From: Cyanophora paradoxa CCMP329
Lineage: Eukaryota > Plantae > Glaucophyta
Length of the DNA stretch: 64,000 nucleotides
Reading direction: 5' to 3'
Assembly: GCA_004431415.1 (NCBI GenBank)
Contig: QPMI01000142.1
Location: 52,335 to 116,334 of the forward strand
Both the position numbers and the translations under genes were made by a program. Each line of letters starts with the position of its first letter. The first letter of the stretch is position 1. The notes beneath the pieces were generated by a model. That model did not search any database, was not told where the DNA came from, and saw nothing but the letters and a program-made list of their open reading frames with translations. Below are positions 25,535-38,436 of this stretch, in pieces.

Positions 25535-27315
25535 TTCCAGCGAATCCGGCACACTAGTACCGCCTCGCGTGGCCGGATGACCCCTCGCGTAGGCGGGTCG
25601 GGCATGAGCCCATGCATGCTCGAGCGCTTTCATCGACGACCTGGCGAGGAGCGCGCCGCCCGATGCGCTGCTGCAGCCCCACGCGCCCGAAGACGTCGCA
25701 CTCCCCGCGGACCGCCAAACTTTGCCAAGGTCCGCCCCCCATGCCTCTGAAGTTGAGTCTGAAGTGCCCAAGGCTCGCAGCTAAGGAATCTGCGGTCCTA
25801 AACTCGCCCGCTCGCCTTCTGATCGCCGCCTGCAGCGCCCGCAGCGCCCGCAGCGCCCCGCGGCCGCGCGCGGCCGCGGCCGGCCGGCGACATCGGAGTT
25901 TGGGCGAGCGCAGCTGGCGCTTGACGCTGACGGCCTCACTGCGCTCGAAGCTATCTTGTCCGCCCCACTCTTCGGCGCCCAACGGACCGCGGGGCCGGCC
26001 GCAGAGGAAGACGTGGGGCGATGCAAGCAGGTGCGCGGGGCGCCACCGGCCCCCGCCGCCGGCTCTCTCCAGCGCCTCACGGCGGCGGTGCCTCGTGCGC
26101 AGACCTCGGAAGTCGACGCGGGCTGCGGGCTCCGCGCCGAGGGCCGGAGGGCGGCTTTGCCTCTGTGCCGCAGTGCAATGACAAGGCGCAACCCCTAGAT
26201 CTGCCACAGCACCGGTACGCCCGGCAGAGCGTCTCGGCGGCAGCGCTGCCTCTGAGCGCTCCTCCGCAGGACGCGCCCGTGTAGCTAAGCGGCGGATCCG
26301 GCGCGCTGCGCGCAGCAGCAGCGGCAGCGCGGCGGGCCCGAACGACTGCGCGCGAATGATCTGGGTGAGGTCGCGCGTCGGCCCGCGTCCCCGGCGGCGG
26401 CCGCCGCGGGAGGTCGGCGGCGGTCTGATCGGCCCTCGCGCAGAGACTCTGCCAGAGGGCCCCCTGGCGCGGGGCGCGCGGCTCCGGTCTTCGTGAGGCT
26501 TGTACGGCCTGTCGGGCGCCGCCCGAGGCCGCCCCGCCGCCCGAGGCCGCCCGGCCGCCGCCGCCCCGCATGGCCCGCCCCCGAGACTGGGACCCTCACC
26601 GCCCGCCGCCGCCGCTCCTCCCCCATCCCGGCCTCGCCCCCCTCCCCCTCCCCCCGCTTCTTCCCCCCTCCCCGCCCCTCCCCGAGCCCGGCCCACGAAT
26701 GGCGGCTCGCCAGGGGCGGCGCGCTCCTGCCGCCCGGCCCCGACTCGCCCGGCCCCTCTGTACCTCGCTGCCCGCCTCGCCCTTGCGCCCGCGCCCGCCC
26801 CGTCGGGGCCCGGCAGCCTCGCGCCCGCCCCCCACGGCGCCTCCACCCTAAGCCGCCTCGGCCCCTCCGCGCCCGCCGCCGCTTCGGCCCCTCCGCCCCT
26901 CCGCCCTCCCCGCCGCGGCGGCCCGCCGAGGCGAAGGGCTGGTGGCTGCCCGCTCGGCCCCGGCGGGCGCTTCCCCCCCTCGCTCCTTGGTCTCTCCAGG
27001 CCCGCCCCGCCCCGCCCCTCCCCGCGCGCCCCACCCGACCCCCTGATCCCCCTTTCTTCTTGACCATCACAGCAGGTCGCGGCGCTCCTTGGCGGTTTCT
27101 TCCGCCCCGGCCAAGCGACGGCGCGGGGGGCCGGGCGGTCCGGCTGCGAGCCGGCGGGGTGCGGGGCCGGGAGCCGCTGAGCGACGGAGGCGTCGCCCGG
27201 GGGCCTGGGGTGCTGCTCGTCGCGCGCTCCGTTCCCCGCCTCTTTCCCCAAGCGGCGCTGGATCGCGGCGAGGCCGGCCCCGGCCCTCCGGGCCCCGGGC
27301 CCGGGTTCCCCTCAC
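25535..27315. repeat. copy 1 of an imperfect ~1.75-kb direct duplication (possible degenerate + strand gene)
   Basis: Collinear with 28224-29945 (shared CAGCGAATCCGGC, GCTCGAAGCTATCTTGTCCGCCCCACTCTTCGGCGCCC, GACGCGCCCGTGTAGCTAAGCGGCGGATCCGG); the ORF track shows parallel ORFs. Confidence 0.85.
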
Positions 27316-28223
27316 CCACCTCCGTACATCGCCGACCCCCCTCACCGCCGCTAGCGCTCCCCGCTGGGCTCGGGCCCCGGGGGACGCAATTATCGGATCC
27401 GATCTAGATCCAGTGGCGACCTGCTACAAGCGAGCCCGATCGCGAGGGGAGCGTAAGCTCAAGCTTACTAATTATATTTTAACATCGCCGGGTCGGGCAC
27501 TTGGGGCTCAAGGGGAGCGTAAGCTTACTAAGTTAAGATGGCTGCATGGGCGAGCTGGGCGCACGGCGCGCCGGCGTCGTGGTCGCCTTCTCCGCGGTCG
27601 CCCGGGCGAGAGGGGGAGGAGCGGCGGAGGACCCGCTCCCGTCTCAGGGCCGTCTGAGGCGAGGATTGGGGCGGACACGCCGTGGCGCACGGGTGCGGCC
27701 GCGCGGCCATGTATTCGAAACTGCGGCGGCCGCGGGGAGCGGCCGGCGCTGCGGCCGCGGCCGCGGGGGCGGCTCGCCTGCAATAGGACCGACCGGAGAG
27801 ATGTTGCAATGCGTTGTGCGTGCGCTCTGCCGCCAGGCGCTCTCGAAGGTGCAAGCAATCCGCGCGCACGCTGCCGGCCGGTCGCGGCCTGCGAAGAACC
27901 GGTTCAGAACGAGTTGCGCGAGTTGCGCGACCTCTGAAATGCGCCGAGGTGCCCACGTGCACGCGCCTCAAGCTCGAGGTCGAGCTCGGCTCACTACCGG
28001 TACCTCGGCGCATCGGACAAGCGGCGCCGCACCTGGGCGCCCGTATGTCGCTGAAATTCGCTCCACTGGCGGCGTCCGAGCGCGAGCCTGGCAGCGTTCC
28101 CCCCCACGAGGGTACTTGTCTACGTATACGCGTACGTACCCTGGTGGGAGCAACCTAAGCCAGCCTTCTTCCCGCAATCGCGAGCACCGGGCGGGGTCGA
28201 GAGCGTGTCCAGCCCCTCGTTAC

Positions 28224-29945
28224 AGCGAATCCGGCCCTCTCCAGCCGCCCCGCGTGGCGGGATGATCGGATCTGTAAGCGAACCGGGCATGCGCATAAGC
28301 CCATGCATGCTCGAGCGCTTCCTCGACGACTGGCGAGGAGAGCGGCTCCCGATGCGCCTGCAGCCCACACGACCGAACACGTGCACGCCGCACTCGCCGC
28401 GGCCCGCCAAGCTTTGCCAAGGTCCGCCACGCACGCCTCTTAATTTCGAAACTGAAGTGCCCAAAGCTCTCAGCTTATGAATCTGCGTTCCTTAACGCGC
28501 CCGCTCGCCTTCTGACCGCCGCCCGCAGCGCTCGCAGCGCCCCGCGCGCGGCCGGCCGGCGACATCGGAGTTTGGGCGAGCGCAGCCGGCGCTTGACGCT
28601 GACGGCCTCACTCCGCTCGAAGCTATCTTGTCCGCCCCACTCTTCGGCGCCCGACGGACCCCGGGGCCGGTCGCATACGTGGGGCGATGCAAGCAGGTGC
28701 GCGGGGCGCCACCGGCCCCCGCCGCCGGCTCTCTCCAGCGCCTTACGGCAGCGGTTCCTCTTGCGCAGGCCTCGGAAGTCGACGCGGGCGCCGAGCACGG
28801 CGCCGAGGGCCGGAGGGCGGCTTTGCCTCTGTGCCGCAGTGCGCTGACAAGGCGCAATCCCTAGATCTGCCACAGCACCGGTACGCCCGGCAAAGCGTTC
28901 TTGCGGCAGCGCTGCCCCTGAGCGCTCCTCCGCAGGACGCGCCCGTGTAGCTAAGCGGCGGATCCGGCGCGGTGCGCGCAGCAGCAGCGGCAGCGCGGCG
29001 GGCCCGAACGACTGCGCGCGAATGATCTGGGTGAGATCGCGCGTCGGCCCGCGTCCCCGGCGGCGGCCGCCGCGGGAGGTAGGAGGCGGTCTGATCGGCC
29101 CTCGCGCAGAGACTCTGCCAGAGAGCCCGCTGGCGCGGGGCGCGCGGCTCCGGTCTTCGTGAGACTTGTACGGCCTGTCAGGCGCCGCCCGAGGCCGCCC
29201 CGCCGCCGCCCGAGGCCGCCCCGCCGCCGCCCGAGGCCGCCCGCCGCCGCCGCCCCGCACGGCCCGCCCCCGAGACTGGGACCCTCGCCGCCCCGCCGCC
29301 GCCGCTCCTCCCCCCATCCCGGCCTCGCCCCCCTCCTCCCTCCCCCCGCTTCTTCCCCCCTCCCCCGCCCCTCTCCGAGCCCGGCCCACGAATGGCGGCT
29401 CGCCAGGGCGGCGCGCTCCTGCCGCCCGGCCCCCGACTCGCCCGGCCCTGGCCCGCCTAGCCCGGGCACCCGGGCCCGCCCCGTCGGGGCCCGGCAGCCT
29501 CGCGCCCGCCCCCCGCGGCGCCTCCACCCTTTCCGGGCCTCCGCCTCGGCCCCTCCGCCCCTCCGCCGCCTCGGTCCCTCCGCCCCTCCGCCCTCCCCGC
29601 AGCGGCGGCCCGCCGGGGCGAAGGGCTGGTGGCTGCCCGCTCGGCCCCGGCGGGCGCTTCCCCCCCTCGCTCCTCGGTATCTCCAGGCCCGCTCCACCCT
29701 GCCCCGTGCGCCGCGCCCCGCCCTGCTCCTCTTGATCCTTACAGCAGGCCGCGGCGCTCCTTCCGCTCCTTGGCCGTCCCTTCCGCCCCGGCCAAGCGAA
29801 CAAGCGAAGGCGCGGGGGGCGGCCCGGTTGCGAGCCGGCGGGGCGCGGGGCCGGGCGGACGGAGGCCCGGTCTGCTCGTGGCTCGCCCTCGCAGCGAGGC
29901 CGGCCCCGGGCGTCCGGGTCCCTGGGCCCGGGTTCCCCTCCCCGG
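28224..29945. repeat. copy 2 of the ~1.75-kb direct duplication
   Basis: Collinear with 25535-27315, with many substitutions and indels. Confidence 0.85.
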
Positions 29946-30512
29946 GCCCCCCTCCTCTGAACTTCCCGCCGACCCTCCCCGCCGGGGTCCGGCGTTCGGG
30001 GCCCGGGGCCTGGGGTGCTCCTCATTCTCCCCCCCCCCTCCCCCCCACTTCCCCCCCCCCCCCCCCCCCCCCCCTTCCGAGCTTTTCCCGGTCACCCTCC
30101 TGCCCTCGGGCCCCGCCTCCGCTGCCCGGCCAGCCCGGCCAGGAGCCCTTGCCCGCCGCCGAGCTGAGCCCTCCCTCCGAGCTCTAGCTCCCCACTCGGT
30201 GCGCATCTTTTCCTTCCATGCCGGCCCCGCCGCGTCGCGCCGCGACTCGCGCGGCGTGGGAGGACGCCGACCGCTACCGGCCGGCTCTGACTCAGTGAAC
30301 TTGGCGGGGCGCGTGCGCAGCGGATCCGGAGGCCGCGTCCCGTCCATGTCGAGAGCGTCGATCGCCCGGTCGACAGGGCGCCCCAATCAAAGCAGTCCGC
30401 CGGTCCCGGCTCATGGGGCCGGAGTAGGGGCCCGGCCCGGGCCCTCCAGAGATCCAACCGGCCGGCCTGCATTTTATAATTATGCACTGCGGCAGCCACC
30501 ATATATGTATAT

Positions 30513-30855
30513 TGCGCTGAGCGGGATGCGCTAAGCAGTTGGCTAGGCCCAGAGGCGCCCCAAGCAGAGAGGGACAGGCCCGTACGGCACCGTAGGGCGG
30601 CGGCAAGCGGGTGCCATTACGTACACAGCAGGCGCAGAGCCAGCGTAAGACAGAGAGAACAAGAGAACAAGGACGTCGACAGACAGCAAGCGAGCGCCGC
30701 GCAGGGCAAGCGAGGGCCCAGGGCTAAAATAAGCGGGCCAGTTGGCAACAACGTGGCACCAGGAATAGCAGGCTACAAAGGGTACAAGGCAAGGCAAGCT
30801 GCCGGCTTAGAGCCGACGACCAGGGCTAGCTGGGAGTCGGAAAGTGGGCGGCACA
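30513..30855 (-). repeat. 3' LTR
   Basis: TGCGCTGAGCGGGATG...GTGGGCGGCACA; I see only one substitution relative to the other LTR. Confidence 0.93.
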
Positions 30856-33449
30856 CGCTTCCCGCTACAAAAAGCCGTCCTCGGCGCTACGAGCTAAAGG
30901 CTGAACTAAAGCTGCGTAGGCGAGGCTGAACGGACTACGAGCCAAAAGCCGGCTACCGTCCCTGCACAGAAAGCCGTCCTCGGCGCCACAGCGGGCGGGC
31001 CAGAGGGGCAAATTAAAATCCATCAGGCCGTCGGCACCAGTATGAGGAACTGGGCCCAACAAGGGAAGTTGGGTGAGGGACCCACGACCTGACGCCAGAG
31101 CGCGCGGAGCGCCGCCAGCCAACCGGGGGCAAACCCTCTAAATCCCGCCGGAAGGGAAAACGAGTGCTAGCGCTAGCACTAAGCTCGAATTCGAAGCCGG
31201 CGCCGCGCCACACGAGCCGCCGGGCCGCGGCGGCGCCGGGTCGAAAGTTCCACAGTGTAGAAGGTACTTGACGTAGAGTGTAGTAGTGTAGGACCGCAGG
31301 CTCGATCAGCAGAGCCGCAGCGGTAGAGTACGCGTTGCGGGCCAAGCTCGGCGCAGCTTGCCGCATTGCGTTGCCAAGTGACTCGGCCGGCGGAGTCACA
31401 AGGCGGGGCGATCGGTCAGCACAGTAGAGTGTGCAGCCGCGTACGCGTAGAGCAGGCAAGCCATGAAGAGTAGAGGCGGCGAGCCAGTCGTACGGGGTCA
31501 GGCTCCGCAGCAGCAGCAGGCCACTGGTCGCATCATACAGACCCATCGCCAAGGATCCTCCACGATCGGACGGGATGGGATACAGCCATCGAGTCCGCCA
31601 GCGTACGCAGATGCAGCGCGTAGCCGGGGCTTAGGCAGGCCACCATCGCGGGACAGGAGACAGCATCAGCGCGGCCCGGAATGATCATCGGTGCTCGCGT
31701 GATAGTCGTAGGCAAGACGTATGGACCTCTCAGCAGCGGAGAGTCGCAAGCGGAGGCTTGGTCGGAATCACCCGGACTAGAGCGCCGGTGCGTGCTGGCT
31801 TGGTCAGCGTGGAATCACCCACAGCTAAGCAGACCGAAACAGCGCTGGCGTCCAGCTGGCATCACCCAGCTGCCAGGTTCAACCGATGCACGGGAATCAC
31901 CCGACGGGCCGACGCAGTCGACGCGCGAACGTGAAGACTGGTCGCGGGGCATCACCCAGTGCTGCTTGCTGACGCTCCTCAACAGACAGGTCCGCTGTCC
32001 GCCGTCCAACTTTAGCTATGGCTGCTCACGTCGTCGTAGGACGTTCCAGAGCGCATCCTTTACGCTTCTGTTGACCTCCGCCCGCCGGACAGGCCTCGGT
32101 CAGACCTCCGCCCGCTGAACAGGCCTCGGTCGCTGATCAAACGCCCACGACAGGAAGAAAACGACAGTTCGCACACGCTTGAGATGTGCGTGAAGCGACT
32201 GACATCTGGCTTGACGAGCTGGACGTCCCGGAGAAGGGCAGCTACGTCGTCGGAGCCAGGGCAAGGTCTTGGCATCTTGTCTGCCGACTAGGTGCGACAG
32301 TGCGCCCGGTAGGCTTGACAACAGATAGATGCGCTTCCTCGCATAGAGATCGCTGTCAAGTGGAGCTGCGCCGGCTTCCACTGACGCGTACGCAACCCGC
32401 AGAGCCGAGAGAGACGCGGAGCCGCACGTCCTCTGGATGCAGGGTGGAGTCAAGTGGAGTGATCCTCACGAGGGATGCCACTCGCCGCCGCTGAGCGTGC
32501 CTCGGGAGGTCCGCAGGCGCCACAGCAGCCGTCGTAGGTAAGACCTCGGGCGCGTACTGGGGCCATGTTATCCCAGGGGCTTTCACGTCGCAGCGGTTTG
32601 ACTCCATGCGTTCTTCAGATACACTCGCCACCATTGAGCGTGCCTCGGGCTAGCCAGAGGTGCCATCGCAGCCGTCGTAGGTGAGACCTCGGGCGCGTAC
32701 TGGGGCCATGTTATCCCAGGGCATTCACGTCTTGGCGGGCTGACTCTGTACTTTCTGCAGAGAGAAAAGATTGATTGACCGGCGCTTCATAGCTGCCTTG
32801 CGAGCCTGGCATGTCACGAGCATGCGGGCAACTCGACAAAACAAGACGACGACGAAAAGAAGGTATGTTCATGAAGAATACTCATTCAGAGAGTTTTTAT
32901 CATCATATGTCTCACAGTACGTGGACCAGAGAAGAAACGACATGCCACGACGACAAGAAGATCATCATTCGATCGGCGTCAACACGCCATTCGATCGTTA
33001 TGACGACGTGTGTAGATGTAGAGGGTGTTGCTCCACATACAATACATTTAGGAGTACGTTGTGGTGTCGTCCCCCGATACAATACAATACAGTTTCACTC
33101 GACATGCGCGCGGGCTGCATCAGCATTTGCTCTTGAGCGCAGCCACGGCACGTTTAGATGACTGTGAGCGCATGCGGCTCAATAGACGGGTTGGCGGACG
33201 CTTCCCACTACAGAAAGAGTGGTGCGCCAGGTCCGTAAGCAAGAAAGGCGCAGTGGCGGGTGGAAAGGCATGAACCATATGCATGCGGTTCGTATTGCTA
33301 AGCTCTGCCGCATAGGCGCTTCCCACTACAAGAGAGTGGAGGCCGTACGCGCAAGCCGAGGCAAACGATGGCGTGCTTGTCCAGGGGTTCGGGCAAGAGC
33401 GCAGCGTTCGTCCCCAGGCATACGAGCTAAAAAGTCGAAGCCCAACGCA

Positions 33450-33459
33450 GCAGCCCCCA
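33450..33459 (-). promoter_or_regulatory. primer binding site, tRNA-Pro type
   Basis: TGGGGGCTGC immediately follows the LTR; tRNA-Pro PBSs start TGGGGGCT. Confidence 0.65.
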
Positions 33460-33802
33460 TGCGCTGGGCGGGATGCGCTAAGCAGTTGGCTAGGCCCAGA
33501 GGCGCCCCAAGCAGAGAGGGACAGGCCCGTACGGCACCGTAGGGCGGCGGCAAGCGGGTGCCATTACGTACACAGCAGGCGCAGAGCCAGCGTAAGACAG
33601 AGAGAACAAGAGAACAAGGACGTCGACAGACAGCAAGCGAGCGCCGCGCAGGGCAAGCGAGGGCCCAGGGCTAAAATAAGCGGGCCAGTTGGCAACAACG
33701 TGGCACCAGGAATAGCAGGCTACAAAGGGTACAAGGCAAGGCAAGCTGCCGGCTTAGAGCCGACGACCAGGGCTAGCTGGGAGTCGGAAAGTGGGCGGCA
33801 CA
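33460..33802 (-). repeat. 5' LTR
   Basis: TGCGCTGGGCGGGATG...GTGGGCGGCACA. Confidence 0.93.
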
Positions 33803-34382
33803 ATATATGTATCTAGCTAGAGGCCAGCTACAGTTCACGCTGTCAGGCCAGTCAGGCCATGACAAGTCAGCTAGGCCGGCGCCGGGCGCCGCGCGCGCGG
33901 AAGGCTAAATATAGCTATAGCTAGTGCTCTCACAGCTAGGCGGCAACCAAATGATTCTTAACTTTTTCATGCATATTGCATGCACTATAGTACTCGCGCG
34001 CATTGCAATCTGAACAATCGGCGCACGCGAGATGACGCAACGTGAACGGGGCCGCGTGGATAACATCGAATTCGATTGCGAAAAAAAAGCCGAAGAGGCG
34101 CCACCTCGAACGAATTCGATCGGTTGTGATCGACCGGCAGCAGCAAGCTACATTTTGAGCACGCGTTCGAATGATTCTTAGCTAGAGCAATCGAGGAACT
34201 TCGAATTCGAATCAGAAAAAGCTTTTTTCTGGAATAGAGATTCCCCGAAATCTCGGGAATCCAAGGCGCTCGCTGCGGGGCACGGCGCGGCGGCCCTGCG
34301 CGCGCCCTGCTGCCTCGCCACTTTTGCCTGCAAAAGTTTCGTATACGCGTGCTCCTAATCTCTCGCAGCGCTTTCTACAACG

Positions 34383-37300
34383 ATGTTCGCTATGTTCCAG
34401 AAGCTCGTCGACTACGTCGTCGAGGGGATTCCGGTACCCCGGAAAATTGCGCGAAGGCCCGCGAGCGAGTAAGCCGGCGCAGTGGGGCTTCCCTAACGCG
34501 GGTGCCTGTTAGCACTGCACGTGGCCGGTCCCAAAACTCGCGGCGCCGACGCCCTACGACCAGCACGGCCCGAACGCGCAAAGCAGGTCAGCCGGGCGGG
34601 CAACGGCAGCCGCAGCGACACCACAGACATCTAGAAGAGCAGTTGCGCCCCTGGTGGCGCCGCGACTCGCGCCAGCTCCCGCGGTAACGTGTTTAAACGG
34701 GCCGATCCCCGCCGCCTTCTCCTGCCGCTCCGAGCGCGCCCGAGAGACGCCACACCACATCTAGAGCCAACATACGCTCATTTAAGCTCCCGTCCTCGCT
34801 CCGCCCGCCTTCCGCCAACGCCTGCCACCCGCGCATGCGCGGCTCGCCTGAGCTCACGTCTACAGCGCACGACGCACAACTCGACTCGACTCCGGCAGTC
34901 GGACGCGCGGCTCCGCCAACGCACCCGGCTCCGCTGCCGCCGATCATGCGGGACCCTCCCGCGCCCGTCGCTCACGCCCTCCGCCCGCGCCCCTCCTCCA
35001 CGAACTTTGACGCCGGCCCCGTACTGCCACAGAGCATGCCGACGCCAGCGACCCGTGCGCGAGGCCGCCCGCGCCAGCACGACACTCAAGAACCACGGGG
35101 CCGCATCCCCCGCTCACTTGGCTCTCCGTGACGCGTGCGCGACGCTCGCAGGCCTCTGGCGGGACGCGGAGCAAGCGCCCCAAGACGCGGCGGTGCGCCC
35201 CGCTCCCCCGCCCCGCTGCGACGCCGCCTCTGCTGGCGCCGCTGGCGCCGGCATGCAAGCCGACGACCCCCACGCATACCCGGGCGCATGAGCACTCAAA
35301 CGCTCGCCCAGCTACCACCGCGGGGTCTGAGCCAGACGGCGCTCGCCTGCCTCAGGGCCCGGCCTCGCCGGGACCCGCCCTCGTGGGGTCCGAGCCGGAT
35401 GACGCTCGCCCACTATCGGACCCGGAATCCCCGGGCTCCGTCGAAGTCTTCCCAGTCGTCCCGGCGGTCGCTGCCAGGCCCCGCGCCGCCCGCCCCTCAT
35501 GCCCGCCGGTCCCGAGTCCCTCTCCCACGAGACGACTGGTCCCCTTGACACCCCCTCGATGCAAGCCTCCTATACGGTCGGCGAGCTTGGGGGGCGCCTG
35601 CGATATCGATATACACACGAATAAGTCGGCCCCCGTCTGCTCTGGGACGTCCTTGGCCCCCTAGGGGAGCAATTCGAAAGCTTTTAACTGCACGAGGGAG
35701 CTGGGCACCCTCCTCACGCTCGAGCTAGAACTTGCATGCCAGTGCACAGGCCTGAAGCATCCATTATGCAAATTTCTAAACAAGGGAACCAGGACAGCCG
35801 GCCCATATATATATATACTCCATGCGCGCAAGCGCATCGCTAGGCCCTTGCAATTGAGCTCATGATCATATGCATAAGCATATGTAGAAGCTGTATACCA
35901 ACGAGGAGGCCGCCAAGATCGCAGCCGCAGCCAAGCTAAATTAAGTCCCGCCAGCGCGCGGCCGAGCGCCTCGGGCCCGACGCGCGCAAGAAGAACAAGG
36001 GCGGCGCCGCCGCCCCCGCCGCCCCGGCTGCCCCCGCGCCCCACCCGCCGCCGCCGCTGCCGCGGCAGCCGCCGCCGCCGCCCCCGCGCCGATCGCCGCC
36101 CCCGCGCCCGCCCGGGCCCGGCCCCCGCCCCGGCCCCGCCCCGGCCAACATCACGCTCGCCAACTACCAGGCCACCCAGAAGCTCCTCACCGAGCTCACG
36201 GCGGCCATCGGCGGCCCCGCCGCCGTAGAGGCCTACCTCGCCGGCCGCCGCGCCGCGGCGGCGGACAACGCAGCGGCGTAGACTCTCTAGGACCCTCCTA
36301 GAGTTGGGGCCCCCGGCCACCCCTTTCTTTCTTTCTTTCCTTTAGTCATTTCTTCTTACCTGAGCGGCCTCAAGGCCTTGCTCCCCTCACGGGCGAGACA
36401 CACAGCTGTCCTGTATGCTCTGTGAAGCAATGCCAGGCGCGCGCTCACGACCCCCGATCAGGCCACCCCCGCCACTCGCCCCGCACCTTAGCCCGGCCCA
36501 GCTGGGCCCCACCTAGCCTGTGCTCACCCCTCCCCTACGTACCTCGCCCCATCCCGGCTCCCCGGGACACCCGCCCCGCGCCCCTCACGCCCAAAGATAG
36601 GGGGATGTGCAACCGCCCTAGGCCTGTACTACCCCCACCCACCCCACCCCCCACCCCCCTACCGACTACGTACCGCCAACGCGAGCCCAAGAAGGACACC
36701 CCGCCCAAGCTCTCCCCCAAGGCCACACTGAACGCTTAGAGTTAGCGTCGAAGCGCCTATCCCTGTGTACCGGCCACAGGTCATGAGCTGACCCAGAGTT
36801 CGGCCCAGTCCGAACCGGTAGTGCATACGATGAAGTTAGCTAACTGAAAATAACATCATCGCCCAAGAATTGGGCTATCCTGAAAAAAAAGACTACGTCG
36901 TCGACTCCTTCGCAGAGCCCGAAGCCCTGGTCGCCGACCCGAAGCCCAGCGCCGACTTCTCGGACTCCGCTTCCGTTACCGACTTCTCCGACTCTTCTTC
37001 GGCTCTCCTTGGCGTCGCTGACGTGGTGCGTGCGCGCGCGCGCACGGGGATCTAGCTATTAGCGCTGCAGCTGCGTCGGCGTCTGCGATCGATATCCCTT
37101 CAGCTTCACCCTCAACTGACGCGATCCGGCTCCTCTTTCGCAGGATCTTGTGGAGAGCTCGGACGAGTCGACCGTGCCTGATTCGGAGGTGTGTTTCGCG
37201 CGCCGCGCGCCCCGGGCCCGGCCCGCTATATATATACAAAACGCCGCTGCGCGAGCTCTTTTAAATTTTCTTGGCTGACACGCGTGCGCTGCCGAATCAG

Positions 37301-38120
37301 TGCACGAGTCTGGATGCGGAGCTCGAGGAGAAGCCTGAGGCGGCGGCGCCGGCCCCGAACGCATACGTCGACTGGACGCCGGTGTGTGCTGCGCGCGCCG
37401 CACCGTGCCGCCGTGCTATTTTTCGTTAGCTGATCATGACGCGCGCGTATGCAGTTTCTGAGCGAGGACCTTCTCGCCAAGACCCGCGCCGCCCAGGCCC
37501 TCGTCGACAAGGAACGCGAGGCCCTCCGCGAGCTGGAGAAGACCCTCGGGTGGGCGGGTCTCGTCGCTCCGAAGCTGGCCCCTCTTCGCCATCCCGTCGC
37601 CGTCCCAAGGCCCGCGTTCGTCGCCAAGCCCGCGGTTGCGATCGTCGCCAAGCCTGCGCCCGTCCTGGAGCGCCGGCCCGTCGTCGCCGTGCCAAGGCCG
37701 GCGACGTCGGCGTCGACAGTCAAGGCGGCGGTCGTCAGCGCCTCGGCGGCCGCCCTGGAACGCCGTCGTCTTCGCCTCGGGGACGCCTTCCAGAAGCTCG
37801 TCGTCGTGCCGACCGCTCCCGAGACTGCGCCCGCGACCAAGGAGGAGGAGGTCAAGGCGGAGCTCGAGGAGGTCGAGGTGGCTTCGGCTCCGGTGGAGGC
37901 GGAGGCGGCGCCCTCGGCTGCGGCGGCGGCGGAGGTCGAGGCGCCGCCTTCGGCTCTGGTGGACGAGGACGGCGAGCCCATCATCCTCTACGGCCTGATG
38001 TCGGAGGAGGCGGAAGAGCGGCTCCAGCGACCGTTCCCCAAGGCACCCCGCGACGAGGCCCTCGCCAAGGGCTTCTTGTGGGAGCTGAACCACGTCGCTG
38101 CGCTTCTGCGGATTGACTGA
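34383..38120 (+). pseudogene. 4-exon hypothetical gene interrupted in exon 1 by element C
   Basis: Removing 34424-36890 plus one TSD copy gives MFAMFQKLVDYVVDSFAEPEAL...ADV|DLVESSDESTVPDSE|CTSLDAELEEKP...DWTP|FLSEDLLAK...LLRID* in frame across GT-AG introns. Confidence 0.75.
34424..36890 (+). mobile_element. element C: non-autonomous non-LTR retroposon, 2467 bp
   Basis: Ends in A8 (36883-36890); perfect 14-bp TSD GACTACGTCGTCGA (34410-34423 and 36891-36904); 5' GGGGATTCCGGTACCCCGGAA hairpin; hairpin-rich 3' end; no RT motifs. Confidence 0.88.
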
Positions 38121-38436
38121 TGACCCGACCCGGCGGGGGAGACGACGTTGACGGCCCATCTCCAGCGGCCCGGCGGGGCGTCGAGCGTGCGCCCGCCCTC
38201 TCTCCACTTCTCTTTCATCAGTCTCTTCCCCTAACGCGCCCCGCGGCCGCATGCAGTTCATGAAATCGACAGCTCCGCTGGGCCGCGGGACGATGTGCGT
38301 TTTTAAGTTTATTAATTCGCGCTTCACTATATATATATATATATCTGACGCTCATGCGACTCGCGTGCAGACGTCGACTCCTACTCTGGGGAGGGAGCTC
38401 GGGCGCAGGTCGGGCGGGAGCTACGATCAAGAATCG

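Larger units (their letters stand above)
30513..33802 (-). mobile_element. non-autonomous LTR retrotransposon (LARD/TRIM-like, probably Ty3/gypsy-derived), 3290 bp
   Basis: Two near-identical 343-bp TG...CA direct repeats; 4-bp TSD ATAT (30509-30512 and 33803-33806); PBS and PPT-like tracts abut the LTRs on the minus strand; no gag/pol motifs recognised inside. Confidence 0.9.

Noticed and set aside
34424-34720. HDV-like ribozyme at the 5' end of element C
   Set aside because: I could not place the P3/L3 and J4/2 consensus; only a simple terminal hairpin is supported.
37449-38120. Stand-alone 223-aa ORF
   Set aside because: Its ATGCAG is a splice acceptor; it is the last exon of the gene interrupted by element C.
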